Assembly (NCBI GenBank): GCA_913046035.1
Contig: CAJWSW010000006.1
Coordinates: 6,493 to 70,492, forward strand
Origin: an uncultured Alphaproteobacteria bacterium
GTDB taxonomy: Bacteria > Pseudomonadota > Alphaproteobacteria > MPNO01 > UBA830
Direction of reading: 5' to 3'
DNA: 64,000 nucleotides
Shown here: positions 61,054 to 64,000 of the stretch, piece after piece
Position numbering within the stretch: position 1 is the stretch's first letter
Layout: every line of letters begins with the position of its first letter
Notes under the pieces: generated by a model
The model's input: only the letters and a program-made list of their open reading frames with translations
What the model was told of the DNA's origin: nothing
Database searches by the model: none
Program-made: the position numbers and the translations under genes

Positions 61054-63573
61054 ATGACAAACGCCTGGCGAATAGCGCGCCGCGAATTACGCGGTGGACT
61101 GCGGGGTTTTCGCGTGTTCCTCGCTTGCTTGGCTTTAGGTGTTGGAGCAATCGCGGCAGTGGGTGCAATCGCATCGTCAGTCATCGGCGGGCTGGAGAGG
61201 GATGGCGCTGTGCTCTTGGGCGGCGACGCCGCACTGCGGATGACATATAAGGATATTTCCCCGGTAGAACGCGCTTGGCTTGAGCAAAGTGCTGACATAT
61301 CGCGCCTTGTTTATCTTCGATCGATGGCACGCGTACCCGGAAACACCAAACAGACACTAGTCGAGATAAAAATGCTCGACGACCTCTATCCGCTTTATGG
61401 TCGCCTAAAACTCTCACCTCAAAAAAACCGTGCTAATTTGCTTTCCAAGCGCAACGGTATATGGGGTGCGGTGGCGGATCCTGCGCTCTTGGAGCGTTTA
61501 GGCATCAAGCTCGGCGAAACAATTAAACTCGGCAATGCTACCTACCAGGTTCGGGGAATTATCGATGAAGAACCTGATCGTATCTCTGGGGCACGCGCCC
61601 TTCAGATTGGTCCGCGTTTAATGGCCTTAAGCAAATCGTTGCCAGAGAGCGGCCTAATCCTTCCCGGTAGTCAAGTTTGGTATTTTTACCGGGTGCGTTT
61701 ATTGGGCAATGATACGCTGAAAAGTTGGAAAGACCGCCTCCAGAAGGCTTTTCCGGATGCCCCCTGGATTGTGCGCGATCGCACCAATGCATCACCCACG
61801 ATCAAACAATTTATCGACCGAACGACGCTCTTCATGACATTGGTTGGACTGACAGCGTTGCTCGTTGGCGGGGTCGGTGTCGGTAACGCAGTGCGCAACT
61901 TCCTGTCTGCCAAAATTGAAACTATCGCCACCCTTAAATGTGTCGGCGCATCTTCGAAATTGATTTTCGGCGCCTATCTTTTCCAGGTGATGGTTATGGC
62001 GATGGCAGGCATCTTTTTAGGTCTGTTAGTCGGCGGTATTGCACCGGCTATTTTAAGCGAAATAATAAGCGACGTGTTCCCGTTCGCGGTGCGTATTGAA
62101 CTATATTGGGAGCCGCTGATACTCGCGACCTCGTTCGGTTTGTTAACCGCGCTAGCATTTTCTATTTGGCCTATCGCCCAAGCCTGTGACTTACCCGCGA
62201 CAAGGCTGTTTCGCCAATCTCTTACCGGTGTTAGCGGCATGCCTCGCTGGCCATTTTTACTCGCAACGCTAGCCCTATTGATAGCGCTAGCAGCGCTAGC
62301 CATAGGCACCGCCCAGAGCACTCTAATCGCCGTGTGGTTTTTGGCCGGAGCGACAAGCACAATGATCATACTCGGTATTGCGGCGGTTATAGTCGCCCGT
62401 ACAGCAAAGGCAGTCGGCAGCAGCAGCGGTACTGGTTTGCGCCTCGCCCTAGCAAACCTGCATCGTCCAGGCGCACCCACAGGAACGGTGATAATGTCTC
62501 TAGGGCTGGGGCTTACGGTTTTAGTGACAGTGACGCTTATCGAAGCCAATCTGGAAAGTCAGATTACCAGGTCTTTGCCTAATCGCGCTCCAAGCTATTT
62601 TTTCATTGATATCCAAAATAATCAGGTAGACGATTTCGAAAACGCGGTTGCGAGCGTACCCGGCTTCCGTGAAATGCGCCGCACTCCCATGCTCCGCGGT
62701 CGAGTTACTCGGCTGAACGGTCAAACAGCCAGACCGGAAACTGTCTCGGAGAACGGGCGATGGATCCTTCGCGGCGACAGAGGCGTCACATGGTCGCGCG
62801 AGTTACCTGAAGGCGAGTTTCTAGTCGCGGGTAAATGGTGGCCAACCGACTATTCCGGTAAACCTCTAGTTTCAATGGCTAAAAGAAACGCTGCAGCACT
62901 TGGGCTCAAAATTGGCGATACGATTACCATCAACATACTTGGGCAAAATGTCACAGCTGAGATCGCAAGCTTGCGTGACGTGCAGTGGGGCTCGCTAAGA
63001 ATGAACTTCCTCTTCATCTTTTCGCCTGGCCCATTAAATGCCGCACCACAGACGCATTTAGCAACTGTTCATGCAGATCCAGCACTAGAACAAGACATCG
63101 AACGTACCATCGCCGACAACTTTCCCAATGTTACCATTATCCGGGTGCGCGATACGCTCGAAACCGTCAGTGAGTTCCTCAACCGGCTCGGCCTCGCCAC
63201 AAGGATGACTGCCGGCGTTGCTATAGTAGCCGGCATACTGGTGCTCGCCGGCGCCATTGCCGCAGGACACCGACGCCGAGTGTATGATTCGATAGTTCTT
63301 AAAGTGCTAGGGGCGACACGGCGGAGAGTAATAGGTGTTTTACTGCTCGAATTTAGTCTACTGGGTTTTGTGACCGCCATTATTGCATCATTTATTGGGT
63401 CCCTCGCCGCTTGGGGCGTAATCACTGAAGTGATGAGCTTGGAATTCGTATTCGACACTATCGCAGTGGTAATCTCAGTTGCCGCGGCTGTAGCATCGAC
63501 TACCGCGCTTGGCTTTTACGGTATTTGGCGCGCGCTAGGTCAAAAGTCTGCGCCACTACTGCGCAATGAATAA
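61054..63573 (+). CDS. FtsX-like ABC permease (YbbP-like)
   Basis: ARRELRGG, LLGGD, P.YFFIDIQ, LKVLGA; two FtsX-type halves. Confidence 0.9.
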   Translation: MTNAWRIARRELRGGLRGFRVFLACLALGVGAIAAVGAIASSVIGGLERDGAVLLGGDAALRMTYKDISPVERAWLEQSADISRLVYLRSMARVPGNTKQTLVEIKMLDDLYPLYGRLKLSPQKNRANLLSKRNGIWGAVADPALLERLGIKLGETIKLGNATYQVRGIIDEEPDRISGARALQIGPRLMALSKSLPESGLILPGSQVWYFYRVRLLGNDTLKSWKDRLQKAFPDAPWIVRDRTNASPTIKQFIDRTTLFMTLVGLTALLVGGVGVGNAVRNFLSAKIETIATLKCVGASSKLIFGAYLFQVMVMAMAGIFLGLLVGGIAPAILSEIISDVFPFAVRIELYWEPLILATSFGLLTALAFSIWPIAQACDLPATRLFRQSLTGVSGMPRWPFLLATLALLIALAALAIGTAQSTLIAVWFLAGATSTMIILGIAAVIVARTAKAVGSSSGTGLRLALANLHRPGAPTGTVIMSLGLGLTVLVTVTLIEANLESQITRSLPNRAPSYFFIDIQNNQVDDFENAVASVPGFREMRRTPMLRGRVTRLNGQTARPETVSENGRWILRGDRGVTWSRELPEGEFLVAGKWWPTDYSGKPLVSMAKRNAAALGLKIGDTITINILGQNVTAEIASLRDVQWGSLRMNFLFIFSPGPLNAAPQTHLATVHADPALEQDIERTIADNFPNVTIIRVRDTLETVSEFLNRLGLATRMTAGVAIVAGILVLAGAIAAGHRRRVYDSIVLKVLGATRRRVIGVLLLEFSLLGFVTAIIASFIGSLAAWGVITEVMSLEFVFDTIAVVISVAAAVASTTALGFYGIWRALGQKSAPLLRNE

Positions 63574-63716
63574 TGAACCTATAATTTATAGGTCCAAAAT
63601 TTTGTGGTGTAGTTTTTTGCCAGGACGCCAATAAATAGAAAAGTCTTGGTGTCTGGAAAGCGCTTCTTCACAAATCGGCAACAACGCGCGTGATTAAATT
63701 ATCCTGGTGGCGCACC

Positions 63717-63746
63717 GTTGATTTTGCATCGAGACATACCCATAAT
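63717..63746 (+). promoter_or_regulatory. Putative RpoH (sigma32)-type promoter of the YccA-family gene
   Basis: GTTGAT-N16-CCCATAA resembles the heat-shock promoter layout. Confidence 0.4.
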
Positions 63747-63784
63747 AAACTTATGATCAACGCATAGTTTTAAGGAGAGCAAAG

Positions 63785-64000
63785 ATGGCTTTCGGTTCTG
63801 AAAAAACATTGTATACGGGCACACGCGCCATTGATCAGGCAGAGTTTGATGCCGGTCTTCGGGCGCACATGCTGCGTGTCTACAATTACATGGTCTGTGG
63901 GTTGCTATTGACTGGCATTCTAGCTGTCCTTGTCGCACAGGCTTCAGTCATAACGAATGACGCTGGCCAAATCGTTGGGCTAACGGGACTCGGCCAAACA
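63785..64000 (+). CDS. Bax inhibitor-1/YccA family protein (runs off the window)
   Basis: AAGGAG RBS; MAFGSEK...DAGLRAHMLRVYNYM. Confidence 0.9.
   Translation, partial: MAFGSEKTLYTGTRAIDQAEFDAGLRAHMLRVYNYMVCGLLLTGILAVLVAQASVITNDAGQIVGLTGLGQT

Overview
Mostly core-genome window from an alphaproteobacterium (Rhodospirillales-like by gene order and protein features; inferred, not searched). Order: pheT(partial)-pheS-rplT-rpmI; trxA-addA-addB-murU-amgK-tsaE; ahcY; rapZ-[hprK pseudogene]-chvG-chvI; HugZ-like; pckA; an iron-regulated block (PadR-like gene, fbpC, DUF4856-like secreted protein, sterol-desaturase-family protein, futA/fbpA, fbpB) with several Fur-type boxes; polA; quinone oxidoreductase; DMT transporter; acnA; ccmABCDE; recR-ybaB-dnaX-SRP RNA; nudC; pheA; kdsB; cytochrome c; hisN; yejA-yejA-yejBEF; MarR; GST; thpR; FIST; arylesterase with YbbAP-type ABC; YccA (partial). 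Main observations: (1) DNA polymerase I carries a second, diverged copy of the polymerase thumb (76 aa, gapless, 34/76 identical by hand count) inside its 5'-nuclease domain, next to an altered H3TH motif. (2) A Fur-box-controlled operon links an uncharacterised secreted protein and a membrane di-iron enzyme to an Fe(III) ABC transporter. (3) An hprK pseudogene missed by the ORF track, with the neighbouring PTS genes gone. (4) A membrane-anchored cytochrome c with two tandem heme domains. No mobile elements, tRNA/rRNA genes or CRISPR arrays were seen. All family calls come from motif recognition, not database searches.
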